The translations under genes and the position numbers were made by a program. Source: Planktothrix sp. GU0601_MAG3 (GTDB lineage Bacteria > Cyanobacteriota > Cyanobacteriia > Cyanobacteriales > Microcoleaceae). Taken from it: DNA of 64,000 bases. The notes under the pieces were generated by a model that did not search any database, was not told the origin of the DNA, and was given only the letters and a program-made list of their open reading frames with translations. How positions within the stretch are numbered: position 1 is the stretch's first letter; each line of letters begins with the position of its first letter. Of this stretch, positions 45,303-55,928 are shown one piece after another. The stretch is taken from the NCBI GenBank assembly GCA_035193785.1, contig CP136572.1, positions 2,452,578-2,516,577 on the forward strand, written 5' to 3'.

Positions 45303-48074
45303 GGTTGACCAAATTCCTCTTGCCAGTACACATTGTTAACCTTATATTCAACCGTCTGGGCTGTTTTGCTATCGGGGAAACTTATCACAAAACCCATGAC
45401 AGGAATTTCCGAATTGATTTCTTCTGGATCTAGCGGATAAAGCAGCAGTAAGCCGTTTCTTGGTGAACGCTTGGAACGCAGAATTTTTCCATCAGGCGTA
45501 TTACTAGAACTTGGTGGTTTACCAACTTCTGCTCGCCGCCGCCGGGTAATTTCGATAATTTCATTACGAGTTTCTTCAGAGAGATCGATCCATTCATCGG
45601 ATGGACTCAGGAGGCGAGATTTGATGAGGCGATATTCCCCAGAAGATTCAGGAGAGGCATCCTTACGCAAAGTTAAACCAACTTCATTTCCGGCAATATT
45701 TCTCTTATTTTTGGCTCGATTACTTGATATAAGAACGACTGTCCAAGAGGTGAGTTCGTGGGGGAGTTGAGCCTTAATGTATTTGACAAGGAGTGAAGTA
45801 TTTGCGGGTTTACAATTCTCGTGAGACTGATAGCCTAACAAAAAATCAATGACTTTTTGAGGAGGAACCTGCTCCCAGATATAGTTTTTGTTTTCTTGTC
45901 TGGTATATGAGCCAACACTTATCAGTAGTTCTTCAGTAACTTCAAGGTTTTGCTGGTTTTTATTTTCATCCTTGTAGAAGATGGTAGTTTCACTAAGGCT
46001 TCTGGTGTAGGACAATTTCATCACAGTGCCTGTCTTCATCTTATTCGCCCCAGTAATTACCAAACCTTGCGGGTGCGTGCGAACTTTTAGACCAAATTCA
46101 TCAGGTGTTTCTCCTGCATCAGACATATAGTCAAACACCTGCCGGAGTTCTTCACTAGCAATAGTGATATGTTCATACCATTCAATTAGCTCATCAGTTG
46201 TGTACAATCGGCAAAGATCGAGATATCCTGGTCTGTATCCAAACCATCGACCCATCTGCATCAGAGTATCGTACATCTTTGAGGCTCGGAGATAATAGCT
46301 GACGCTCAGACCTTCCAAAGTTAAACCACGAGACAATTTATCACCGCCGATCGCAATAACGTTTAACCCTTGGTCTTTGTTGTCTTCATAGTTTAGTACA
46401 TCCTTTGCTTTGCCGTTGATTTTTTTAATCTCGATCTTAGAGGCAGCCCGGGATAGTAAAGGTTTAACTTCTTTCCAAGAAACTGAAGTTAGTTTTGGAT
46501 CATCTATGGATGAGGGTATGGATGAAGTAGTTGGCACAAAGTCATCTTTCCATAACTGCTCAAATTCTTCCTCTAGCTTCCCTGGTGCTTTGCTGTCGCC
46601 ATATCGCAGTCGTTTTTGTAGAGAAGTCAACTCCTCTTTGACTTGCTTTGCTACCTCAGATTGGACATCTGTAAAACGGGTGACATGAACTAGCATTGAG
46701 TTGTGTTCGTTCTCCTGTCCTCGCACAATTCTTGCAGCACAGCAAAGAATAAAAGCCCTAATTGCCTGCTTGAGAGACTCTGGAAGTTGACCACCCGGAA
46801 CGTGGTCTTTTTTGTGTTTATCTGGCATCCATTCTTTTTGGTCGTCCACTGGTCTGGTGATCTGTAAAGCTTCCGATGCTTCAAGACCAATTTCGGAATC
46901 GGTGTCTAGCCCAAATACCTGTACTGGGCCAATGTAGTTTGATGGTGCTGGTAAGTTGATAATGAAACTACGTGGAAACAGATCATCTCCAAATTCTGGA
47001 TTTTTTGTATCTTGATCAGGGTAGATGAAGATGTTGGCAAATGGTGTAGCTGTGTAACCCACATAAGCACTCTTTTCAAAACTTTGAAGCAGTTTCCTGA
47101 TTGATCCATTGATTGCTGAAACATCATACTCTTCCTGAACTTTACCTTTTTCATCTAATAGTGGGGGATTTGTGTTGATCGAGGCATTGTCTGCCTCGTC
47201 ATCAATGACGAGTAAGGGAACTCCTCTGACGATACGTTTTCCTGATTTTTCATCTTTATCCCCATGACGCAATGCCCACTTTAGGAGATTTTTGAGTACA
47301 GTTGTATTTTTTTTAACCACAAACAATAATGGATTTCCACCGCCTGCTGATACCCCAAACTGACCTGCTACTTTTTGATTAAAATCACCCTTATCAGTAC
47401 TGTTTGTAGCTGAATCAGCAATCAGCCTCTTTACAACAGGAATTAGCCCTACTCCAATGGCGGAACTCTCTTGAGTCGAAGCTCTGTGTAGTTGTGAGTC
47501 ATATCCAAGAAAATCTCTGTCTAATCGTAGCTGTGTTTGAACCCGTAAGTTATCCTGCATACCAGCAAGCACAATAATCAGTTTATATCCTGCATCAACA
47601 GCCTTGCAGATAAGACCAGTATAGTTTGCTGTTTTTCCAGACTGAACCTGTCCAACAACCATTCCTCTTCGATCCCAAGATCCTGAGCGTAAAGGGTTCT
47701 CTAGGCGTTCCAGAATAGAATTTGTCAACTCGTCTAAACCACTCGTTGTCGCTGGTGCCCAGTGCTTTTCTTCTTCCAAATAACGTACATAACGGTTCCA
47801 GAAATCCCAATTGATTTCACTGTTGCGGTCAGCCAGCCAAGGGATATGACCTTCTTTATTTTCTAGTACAGTACCTAGACCCATCCTGATGTTGAAAAGA
47901 CTTTCGAGTTTCCCGGACAAGTTTTTCCTCATCTACCTCAAAGGTACGACCATGATCGTTTCTGAGCATGGTGAGAACAGATCTAACTTTTTCCTGAATG
48001 ATTTGTTGGGTGGGTGTCTGTTCACTTTTCAAGTAAACTTGGGTTAACTGGCGAGCCATCTCATAATCGTTCAT
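45299..48074 (-). CDS. Z1-domain protein with helicase-like N-terminus (split by +1 at GTTTC 47908-47912)
   Basis: VGQVQSGKTANY, IDDEAD, YTATPFAN, LSRGLTLEGL, DTLMQMGRWFGYR; repair gives KLVRELESLF. Confidence 0.9.
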
Positions 48075-48139
48075 TTTAGGTCTCCTCCATTTGTCTGCTT
48101 TTAGTTGTGAAATGCACTTGAGGTATAGCTGAAGATAGG

Positions 48140-49355
48140 TTAACCCCTTTCAGACTGAGCTTGGTAGTAGGCTTGTACTTGTTTTACAATTGGTCTGGCG
48201 ATCGCTTCAGCTAAAAGAGGGGGTACGGAATTCCCAACTAGCTCAAACATTCTCGTCATAGGTGCATCAAATACAAAATGATCTGGGAAACTTTGAAGTC
48301 TAGCAGCCTCTCTTACAGATATACTTCTAGTTTGTGTTGGATGGATATAGGCCAAACAATCTTTCTGCATATGTGCTGTTAGTGTCCATGAGGGTTTGTC
48401 CCAGTGCAAGCGTTTATACTTATCCTCAAAACTCTTATCGCTGTAACGTTTTAAATCATCAGGTATATTTTTATACTTACCCCCTTGAGGCATGATGCTA
48501 AATATATGCAAATCTTGATCATTATGCGAACGACACATATGATTCATTACCGTATCATAAGATTCAATTCTCATTAGCTTTTGATACTCGGATATAGGCG
48601 CAATTTTGTAATCTTTAGGAAAGTCGGTTTGCTTTGGTGCAGTGCTTTTCCTCTTCAAAGGTAAACATATAGGCTCTAATTCTGGTAAATCTCCAATTGC
48701 TTCCCCTACAGAGACAGGAGAAACCTGTATTCGCATCTGGAAACTCGAAAGTTAGATTCGTATCTTTACGCTTACCAACAATGAATAAGCGTTTGCGGAT
48801 TTGAGGAACACCGTAATCGGAAGCGATTAGAATTTTATAGCTAATATCATAGCCTGGATAATCATGGCTTTTTCTAGTTAATCCATTTTCTAAATCTTTT
48901 ATTAAAGTAGCAAATATCCAGTGATTCAAGAGAGAATTTACATTCTCAACCACAAAGAATAAAGGTTTATAATATTGAATAAATCTAATAAAATCTTCAT
49001 ATAAAAAATTCCTGATATCACTTTCAATATGTTTACCTAAAGACTTCATTTTACAAATGCCTACTACTGAAAATACTTGACAGGGAGGCCCGCCAATTAA
49101 AATATCTATGTCTCCTGGATAGAACCCGAGTTTACTCAAATCAGTAATAGATTCGATAGACTTAGCAGCACACATCATTTTACAATTAGGAAAATTTTTA
49201 TGATGAGTTCTTATAGCATGAGGATTTTTATCAAGTCCCCCTAAAATTTGACATCCAGCATTTTGAAAGCCTAAACTCATCCCACCTGCACCGCAAAAAA
49301 TATCGAGTACAGTCGGCATTTTTCTGTCTTTTATTTTCGACTTAAATTCTAGCAT
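48140..49355 (-). CDS. DNA (cytosine-5) methyltransferase (split by +1 at GAAAC 48720-48724)
   Basis: DIFCGAGG, GGPPCQ, VENV, GVPQIRKR, REAARLQSFPD, GNSVPP. Confidence 0.92.
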
Positions 49356-49507
49356 AATTAAAACTCTGGGGTATTTTTAATAATTTTATATTCATTTACA
49401 TACAATCAATAATAATAAATATTAAATAATATAATATATTTTAGCTTTAATATTGATGTCTCTTAGAAAAATATCTTTTCAAGATATTGAGAAAACAGTG
49501 AGCACAA

Positions 49508-49740
49508 CTATACAATTATTTTCTGCCAATTCCTCATCTCTACAAAACTCAGAAAACACCTCTGACACCATCCATCCACAACGCCGGAACATTAAACCTC
49601 GGCCCGCAGTTAGGACACTCCGACAGCAACCGCAATTTGTGCCGATCGCACCCCTGCATCCCCTTAAACCGCCACTCAATCTTATGACAAAGCGACTGGG
49701 CATAACAAGCCCTACACAACCGAATCGGTTCCAACTTCAT
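49508..49740 (-). pseudogene. tniQ: tniQ C-terminal remnant (zinc fingers), frameshifted
   Basis: MKLEPIRLCRACYAQSLCHKIEWRFK..GCDRHKLRLLSECPNC..RFNVPALWMD then shifted CQRCFLSFVEM. Confidence 0.88.
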
Positions 49741-49763
49741 CAGAGCTACCAGTTTTATCAAAA

Positions 49764-49809
49764 GACAAATAATTTGTCAATTACAGGAGAGCAGACAATT
49801 AATTTGTCA
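49764..49809 (-). other. Internal TnsB-binding sites of CAST right end (terminus not recognisable)
   Basis: GACAAATAATTTGTCA and GACAATTAATTTGTCA, 30 bp apart. Confidence 0.75.
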
Positions 49810-49918
49810 AAATCCTCCCTTGTCGAAGGAAGGTGTCAAAATGGATCAAATTGCTATAGATGTTTAATATACACCTTAAATGATGGAAATTTCTGTAGGA
49901 TTACTATAGTATTTCTTC

Positions 49919-50003
49919 AACTGATAACTGGTACGGGCGGGTTCTTTTAGATCTTTGTTAGTTACCCTAAATCTCGATGAACCCGCCCCTACAACTGATA
50001 ACT
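49919..50003. repeat. REP doublet flanked by 11-bp direct repeat
   Basis: AACTGATAACT-G-GTACGGGCGGGTTC...GAACCCGCCCCTAC-AACTGATAACT. Confidence 0.7.
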
Positions 50004-50005
50004 AA

Positions 50006-50218
50006 TTAAGCTGATTCCAACTGATCCAATCTTAACCAAATATTAGGGGTCGGAACTTGTCCAAATTTAACCAAAGCGTAGTCCCCCCGCAATTCCATAA
50101 TTTCCCCTTTAGTCTCAAAAATATAAGCAGAAAATCGAGAATCACTGGCTTTTGCTTCTAAGCTATTTTCTAACTTTTCCCGAACTGCGTGAACAAAATC
50201 ACCTTTTTTAATGGCCAT
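50006..50218 (-). CDS. ndhO: NDH-1 subunit O
   Basis: KKGDFV..VREKLENSLEAKASD.RF..YIFE.KGE...VPTPNIWLRLDQL. Confidence 0.92.
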   Translation of the reverse strand: MAIKKGDFVHAVREKLENSLEAKASDSRFSAYIFETKGEIMELRGDYALVKFGQVPTPNIWLRLDQLESA

Positions 50219-50341
50219 AACTCGTTAACTTCCAGTAGTTATATCTTCTCCCAATTTTAAGGGTTTATCGGGGTATCCGAGCAACTCCTTCCTTTGTGTC
50301 CTTGTGCCTTTATGGTTCCCTACACCATAAAAATATTGCCC

Positions 50342-51196
50342 CTAATGCTGACATTTCGGGCAAAAATGGGCCGACCGTCCGGCAAGTTTCAAACGTTCAA
50401 TGGGGGTTTCACAGACGCGACAGGGTTCTCCCGTGCGATTATAAACCCAAGCCGTACCCCCATAGTTGCCATTCACCCCTTGAACATTCAGGAAGTTACG
50501 AATGGTTGTGCCGCCCACTTCAATACTGGTTTTCAATACCTGAATAATATGGTGATGTAACTTTTCCAGTTGGGGGCGAGTTAAGGCACTACAGGGGGTG
50601 GTAGGAGAAATTCCGCTTAAAAATAAAGACTCATCCGCGTAGATATTCCCGACTCCGGCCACTAAACTTTGATCCAAAAGGGCAGATTTAATCAGGCGTT
50701 GACGCTTTTTAAATTGTGCTTGTAAATATTCAACGGAGAATTCTGAAGTGAAGGGCTCGGGGCCTAAATTATTTAACCCGGTAATAATACTAGAAACTTC
50801 TTGACCGGGCGGCACCCACCAAATTTTTCCAAACGTGCGTTGATCAACAAATCTCAATTCTCGATTTTCCGCAAAAAATAAACGAATCCGTGTGTGCTTT
50901 TGTAAGGGGTCTTGGGGGTTAACCCATAATAATTGACCTGTCATGCGTAAATGCACCCCTAACCAGCCTCCAGAGGTTCTCTGGGCATCTAATTGAACCA
51001 ATTCGGCCAGTAAATATTTCCCCCGGCGATGCCACTGGGCGATCGCCACTCCGGTTAAACCGGGCAAAAATTCATCAACGGAAAAGGGGTAGGCGAGAGT
51101 GCGCTGAAGCAACACTTCACCCCCCACAATTGTTTGGTTCAAGGTCACTTGATTCAGACCTTGCCTAACGGTTTCAACTTCCGGTAATTCCGGCAC
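50342..51196 (-). CDS. mutM: Formamidopyrimidine-DNA glycosylase
   Basis: PELPEVE, RRGKYL, HLRMTG, GVGNIYADE, C-terminal zinc finger. Confidence 0.95.
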   Translation of the reverse strand: MPELPEVETVRQGLNQVTLNQTIVGGEVLLQRTLAYPFSVDEFLPGLTGVAIAQWHRRGKYLLAELVQLDAQRTSGGWLGVHLRMTGQLLWVNPQDPLQKHTRIRLFFAENRELRFVDQRTFGKIWWVPPGQEVSSIITGLNNLGPEPFTSEFSVEYLQAQFKKRQRLIKSALLDQSLVAGVGNIYADESLFLSGISPTTPCSALTRPQLEKLHHHIIQVLKTSIEVGGTTIRNFLNVQGVNGNYGGTAWVYNRTGEPCRVCETPIERLKLAGRSAHFCPKCQH

Positions 51197-51199
51197 AGG

Positions 51200-51433
51200 C
51201 TATTTTTTAGCTGCGGGTGCGGCTTTTTTAGCGGTAGCTTTGGGAGCTTCCACTTCCAACAGTTCGCTCACGGCAAAGTTGTTGGTATTGATACCGGAGT
51301 AGTTCACCTTATCAAAGCGAACAATCGCAGCATATTTGATGCCACTGGGGTCTACAGAAGCAACTGTACCTACTTCTTGATACCAGTAGGACTCTTTGCG
51401 TAGGACACGAACTTTAGAACCACGTTGAACCAT
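51200..51433 (-). CDS. psaE: Photosystem I subunit IV
   Basis: [29 protein letters not shown]. Confidence 0.96.
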   Translation of the reverse strand: MVQRGSKVRVLRKESYWYQEVGTVASVDPSGIKYAAIVRFDKVNYSGINTNNFAVSELLEVEAPKATAKKAAPAAKK

Positions 51434-51582
51434 TGGTTTTTCTTCCCCTTTTCAATCAAAAAACGGATAAATGACGTTTAATAAACCCAGGGTACTACTG
51501 GATTGGGTGTCTAGGTTGATTTCAGTCTTTAAGTTTTATTGCTAACCCAGTCCTTGTCCCCCAGAAAGCCACATATAGGCTG

Positions 51583-51665
51583 CATTACCCATTACCCATT
51601 ACCCATTACCCATTACCCATTACCCATTACCCATTACCCATTACCCATTACCCATTACCCATTAC
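51583..51665. repeat. STRR (CATTACC) x ~12
   Basis: Perfect heptamer run. Confidence 0.95.
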
Positions 51666-52406
51666 ACTTTCTGGCCATCACGGAAACTACCTGGAAAACG
51701 TTTACCTTTGGCATCAATAATCGTTCCTTGGCCATGGGGAACCCCGCCCCGAAATTCTCCTTCAAAGCGAGTGCCGTTGGCAAAAGTACAGGTTTCCCTT
51801 GCCATCAAGTTCCTGGTTAAAAAATTGTCCCTGACAGCGACTGCCATTGGTGCGGGTGAATACCCCTTGACCAAAGGGAGATCCGGCAAAGAATTCTCCG
51901 TCATAGCGATCGCCATTCGCATAAATAAACTGTCCGCGACCACTGGGTTGACTACTGATCGTTCCCGCCCCTAATTCTCGCACCAGTTTAAACGTTCCAA
52001 TATAGCGATCGCCATTAGCAAAAATTACCGTCCCCTGGGTAATATTGCCATCTTTAAATACCCCAACAATCCGGTCATCATTACTAAAAATGAATACCCC
52101 TTGTCCATTGGGTAAACCATTCCGAAACTGTCCTTCATAGCGATCTCGGTTGGCATAAACCATAACCCCTTGACCGTCCGGTTTACCATTAACAAAACTG
52201 CCTTTATAGTTATCTCCTCCCTCATAGTTACATTTGACCATTCCCGTCGGCAAACTTCCTTCACAAACCGGAGGACGTTTTCCCTCAGCTTTTTGTTCTG
52301 CAATAGAAGGTAGGGGATAATTAATACTAATAACCACTGCTAAACTCGATAGAGTTAGCATCAAAAAACTCCACTTTCGGATTGAATAAACCATGGTTAC
52401 TCCCAA
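51662..52406 (-). CDS. MORN-repeat protein (split by +1 at GTTTC 51792-51796)
   Basis: YEGQFRNGLPNGQG repeats; repair gives GKGTCTFANG. Confidence 0.88.
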
Positions 52407-52458
52407 CTTTTTCCTATGAAAAAAACATACAAATTTCTCCAGATTAGATCTGTCCTAT

Positions 52459-53614
52459 TCAACCAGAGTGAACTACCGAAGATCGCAGACTAATATTATT
52501 AACCTTGGGATCGGCTGGTGGAATAGCACCTACAGATTTAGCAATCTCAATGCCATTTTGCTCAAAAATCACAATGGGTTCGCCTCCGGTATCAAACTTG
52601 ACTCGTTTAACCAAAACTTGACCATTAGACACACGCTGTCCCACGTTCACATAACGACTGGTAGGTTCGGCCGGAGCCCTGAGAATAATTTTAGTTTGAT
52701 CTCCCACTTGCAATATCCCAGTCACTTCCATCCCTTGAGCTAAGTCTGTAGAGGGAGGCGGGGGAACAAAAGGTTGGACGGGGGGAGGGGGTGGATTAGG
52801 ATTAAGCCATGACGGAGGAGTAGGTGTATTGGGAATGGCGGGTAAATCAGGGACTTGGGCAGTCGGTAAACTGGGTAAAGTGGGTACGCTTCTCCCCGGC
52901 ACAACTGATCGAGGTTTGAATGTTGTGACTCTGGCCCCTCCCGTAGTTGCGGGTCTTCCGGGAGTAACCACCCCAGACCCCCCGGTAATTGTGGGTCTTC
53001 CGGGAGTAACCACCCCAGACCCCCCGGTAATTGTGGGTCTTCCGGGGGTAGCCACCCCAGACCCCCCGGTAATTGTGGGTCTTCCGGGGGTAGCCACCTG
53101 ATTATTAGGTCTGGGAGTTGCACTCGCAGAGACCCAGCGAATGGGAGCTTCATTTACCGTTAATTTGGGTAAGTCTGGCACAGTCCGAGTAACCTGTTGC
53201 GGTACGGTTGGTGCTTCTCCCACTTCAGGAGTGGCTTGGACAATAGATGGAGGTAAAACCGCAAACGGATCGATACTCACCGCAGAAGGAGCCGTTGTTG
53301 TTGTTGACGGTGCGGCAGGAATTGCCGTCGAAGGTTTACCCAGGAGACGTAACCTCTCCTGTGAGTTGGTCGATTGAATCAAACCCGCACCCGCAGCCAC
53401 ATTTGATTGTTCTTTGACTAACGGATTTTTAAACGGAGGTGTTTGCCCCGGGGTCGGGGTCGCATTGGGAGTCGGCGAAGCTACGGCCGATGGAGAAGTT
53501 GCTGGAGTAGTGGTTGGACTGGGAGTGGCGGCAGTTTCTTCAGGTTTAGAAACCGCACCCCCCTAACCCAAATGCAAAAACACCGATGGAGAATAGAAAC
53601 CAAAATTGACGCAT
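52459..53614 (-). CDS. Pro-rich lipoprotein with 14-aa tandem repeats (split by +1 at GAAAC 53549-53553)
   Basis: MRQFWFLFSIGVFAFGLGGC lipobox; repair gives GCGSKPEET in frame with 52459..53400 ORF; V(A/V)TPGRPTITGGSG repeats. Confidence 0.75.
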
Positions 53615-53699
53615 TGCCAGTCTCCAAAACAAAGTTGATATATATACTAATTTAAGGATAGTTCAAAAAACCATAGACAAATATCTCAGTGTGAACTAC

Positions 53700-54911
53700 C
53701 TACACCGCCCTAATCGGGTCGGTGCAGGCTTCCGACTTCACAGACCGATGCCCCTTACTTTTACAAGCAGGTGGACTTACACAGCCTCCATCGGCAAAGA
53801 CGGGGTTCCCTCCGCCTTCAGTTAATATCCTGATTCCTTCATTCCTGATGTTAAGTGAAGCGTTTTCGTCACGATCATGGTGAGTTTGACAACTTGGACA
53901 ATCCCATTCTCTGACATCGAGAGATAACTCATCCAGTATATGACCACAACAGGAACAAGTTTTGGAACTAGGGAAAAAGCGATCAATTTCTACAAGTTCA
54001 CCACTTTTTTGCTTTAACTTGTAATCAATAAAGTTGACGAATTTTCCCCAACTCACATCAGATATTGCTTTTGATAGCTTCCGGTTTTTAACCATCCCCT
54101 TGACATTGAGGTTTTCAACGACAATGACTTGGCTTTCGTTCACCAATTTTCTTGATAATTTATGCAAGAAATCTTGGCGGGAATTGGTTATTCTCTCATG
54201 AACCTTAGCTACAGTTTTTCTAAACTTCTCTCTCGATTTACTACCCTTAGTTTTTCGAGAGAGTTTTTTCTGTTTTTGGGCTAAATTTTTCTGATGACGA
54301 TATAAATGTTTAGGGTTGGCGTATTTAGTTGCATTCTCTCCATTGTGAATAATTGCAAAATCTTTTAACCCCAAATCGATCCCAATAATTTCATCCCCCG
54401 ACTGTTTAACGTCAGTTTCTTCTACTTCACATAAAATTGAAGCAAAATATTTATCAGTCGAAGTTTTGGAGATTGTTACTGTTTTAATTTTTCCCGTAAT
54501 TTCTCGATGAAATACCGCGCTGATTTCACCAATTTTAGGGACTTTTAGGTATTCACTATTAACAGTAATACTTTGGGGATACTGAATTGATTGCTTGTGA
54601 TGTTTAGATTTGAAATTAGGAAATTTAGCTCGCCCTTCAAAAAAGTTTTTGTAAGCTCTATCTAAGTTTATAGCTACACATTGAAGAACCGATGAGTAGC
54701 AATCTTCTTTGAGCCAAGGATATTCTTTCTTGAGTTGAGGGAGCATTCCTTTATAAACTGTTAATTTTAGACTTTTTCCAGTTTCTTGATAGTGCTGAAT
54801 ACAGGCATTTAAGGCAAAATTCCAATACCATCTTGCACAGCCAAATGATTTAGCTAATGCTAATTCCTGTTCGGGTGTTGGATAGAGCCTGACCTTTGTT
54901 GCCTTCAGCAC
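53700..54911 (-). CDS. tnpB: RNA-guided endonuclease TnpB
   Basis: HTH_OrfB start, GIDLG, VVENL, CSCC/CPSC zinc ribbon, HDRDENA. Confidence 0.95.
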   Translation of the reverse strand: MLKATKVRLYPTPEQELALAKSFGCARWYWNFALNACIQHYQETGKSLKLTVYKGMLPQLKKEYPWLKEDCYSSVLQCVAINLDRAYKNFFEGRAKFPNFKSKHHKQSIQYPQSITVNSEYLKVPKIGEISAVFHREITGKIKTVTISKTSTDKYFASILCEVEETDVKQSGDEIIGIDLGLKDFAIIHNGENATKYANPKHLYRHQKNLAQKQKKLSRKTKGSKSREKFRKTVAKVHERITNSRQDFLHKLSRKLVNESQVIVVENLNVKGMVKNRKLSKAISDVSWGKFVNFIDYKLKQKSGELVEIDRFFPSSKTCSCCGHILDELSLDVREWDCPSCQTHHDRDENASLNIRNEGIRILTEGGGNPVFADGGCVSPPACKSKGHRSVKSEACTDPIRAV

Positions 54912-54989
54912 TTTGAATCACCTCCTTAATTGGGTGTTGTAGTTTTGCTGTACACTGACTATAGCACAAGTTTTAAAATATGGGGAATC

Positions 54990-55198
54990 ATGAAAAATGA
55001 TTTTGTCAGCAAAGGTAGATCTGTTAGCGATCTCAAGGTTCACTTGGTTTTGACGACCAAGTACAGGAGAAAGGTTTTTACCCTTGAAATATTGAATCGG
55101 CTGCATGAAATCCTTGAAGAATTACTCCAAAAGTGGGATTGTAAATTAGACGATATATCGAGAATCAAAATCAACCTGATTGTTCCGATAATCCCTGA
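54990..55198 (+). pseudogene. tnpA: IS200-type TnpA (Y1) with internal deletion
   Basis: HLVLTTKYRRKVF...KWDCKL joined out of frame to RRYIENQNQP; HUH region missing. Confidence 0.85.
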
Positions 55199-55380
55199 CC
55201 GCAATTCATCCCACGCTGCCCTATCGGGTCATTCGTGGGGCCTCTTGCGGAAGAAGCTAAATCTAAAAAACGGGCTTTACTATTGTAAAAATCTTCCTGT
55301 TCCCGAACATACATCCCTTGAAGTTCTGCTTTATACTGAGAATAGTCAATTTTAGTCTAATTGAGAAGGACAAAATAACA

Positions 55381-55818
55381 ATGCCTTTAATGGTTGGGAC
55401 AGATGCCCCTAGCTTTACCGTCAAAGATACCAATGGGAATACCATTTCTCTATCTGACTTCGCAGGTAAAACCGTTGTCCTGTATTTCTATCCCAAAGAT
55501 GATACTCCTGGTTGTACCAAACAAGCCTGTAGTTTCCGCGATAACTATACGGAATATGAAGGCAAAGATATTGTGGTTTTAGGAGTGAGTATAGATGATC
55601 AAGAGTCCCACCAAAAATTCACGGAAAAATACAGTTTACCCTTCCCTTTATTAGCTGATACGGAAAAAGCGATTACAACAGCTTATGATGTGGATGGTGG
55701 TGGCTATGCTAAACGGGTTACTTACGTTATTAATGGCGAAGGCAAAATTATTCACGTTGATACATCCGTTAAAACCGAAACCCACGCCCGAGATATTTTA
55801 GCGCTGGTGGGTGGTTAA
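55381..55818 (+). CDS. bcp: Peroxiredoxin BCP/PrxQ
   Basis: LYFYPKDDTPGCTKQAC. Confidence 0.92.
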   Translation: MPLMVGTDAPSFTVKDTNGNTISLSDFAGKTVVLYFYPKDDTPGCTKQACSFRDNYTEYEGKDIVVLGVSIDDQESHQKFTEKYSLPFPLLADTEKAITTAYDVDGGGYAKRVTYVINGEGKIIHVDTSVKTETHARDILALVGG

Positions 55819-55850
55819 TTGTAGTCAAAATTATCCGTATTTCTGAATCT

Positions 55851-55880
55851 GCCGCCCATAGAATGTTCTGGGGCGGTTTT
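55851..55880 (+). terminator. Probable intrinsic terminator after bcp
   Basis: GCCGCCC...GGGCGG followed by TTTT. Confidence 0.55.
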
Positions 55881-55928
55881 CTTACTAATTTTAATCTATT
55901 TATTCAATTAGATCCTGGAGTTGTAAAC

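Larger units (their letters stand above)
43886..49810 (-). mobile_element. Degenerate type V-K CRISPR-associated Tn7-like transposon (CAST) with defence cargo
   Basis: TGT terminus and 3 TnsB-type sites at 43886-43948, homing repeat-spacer, cas12k remnant, cargo, tniQ remnant, 2 TnsB-type sites at 49764-49809, all in canonical V-K order. Confidence 0.88.
53691..55260 (-). mobile_element. IS200/IS605-family element (divergent tnpA/tnpB)
   Basis: Right end ...GTAGTTCAC at 53691 with hairpin 53698-53728; left-end hairpin 55199-55250; both share CCCTA(A)TCGGGTC. Confidence 0.85.

Noticed and set aside
54930..55355. Full-length TnpA ORF
   Set aside because: Chimeric read-through after an internal deletion; the C-terminal half runs over the IS end and flank.
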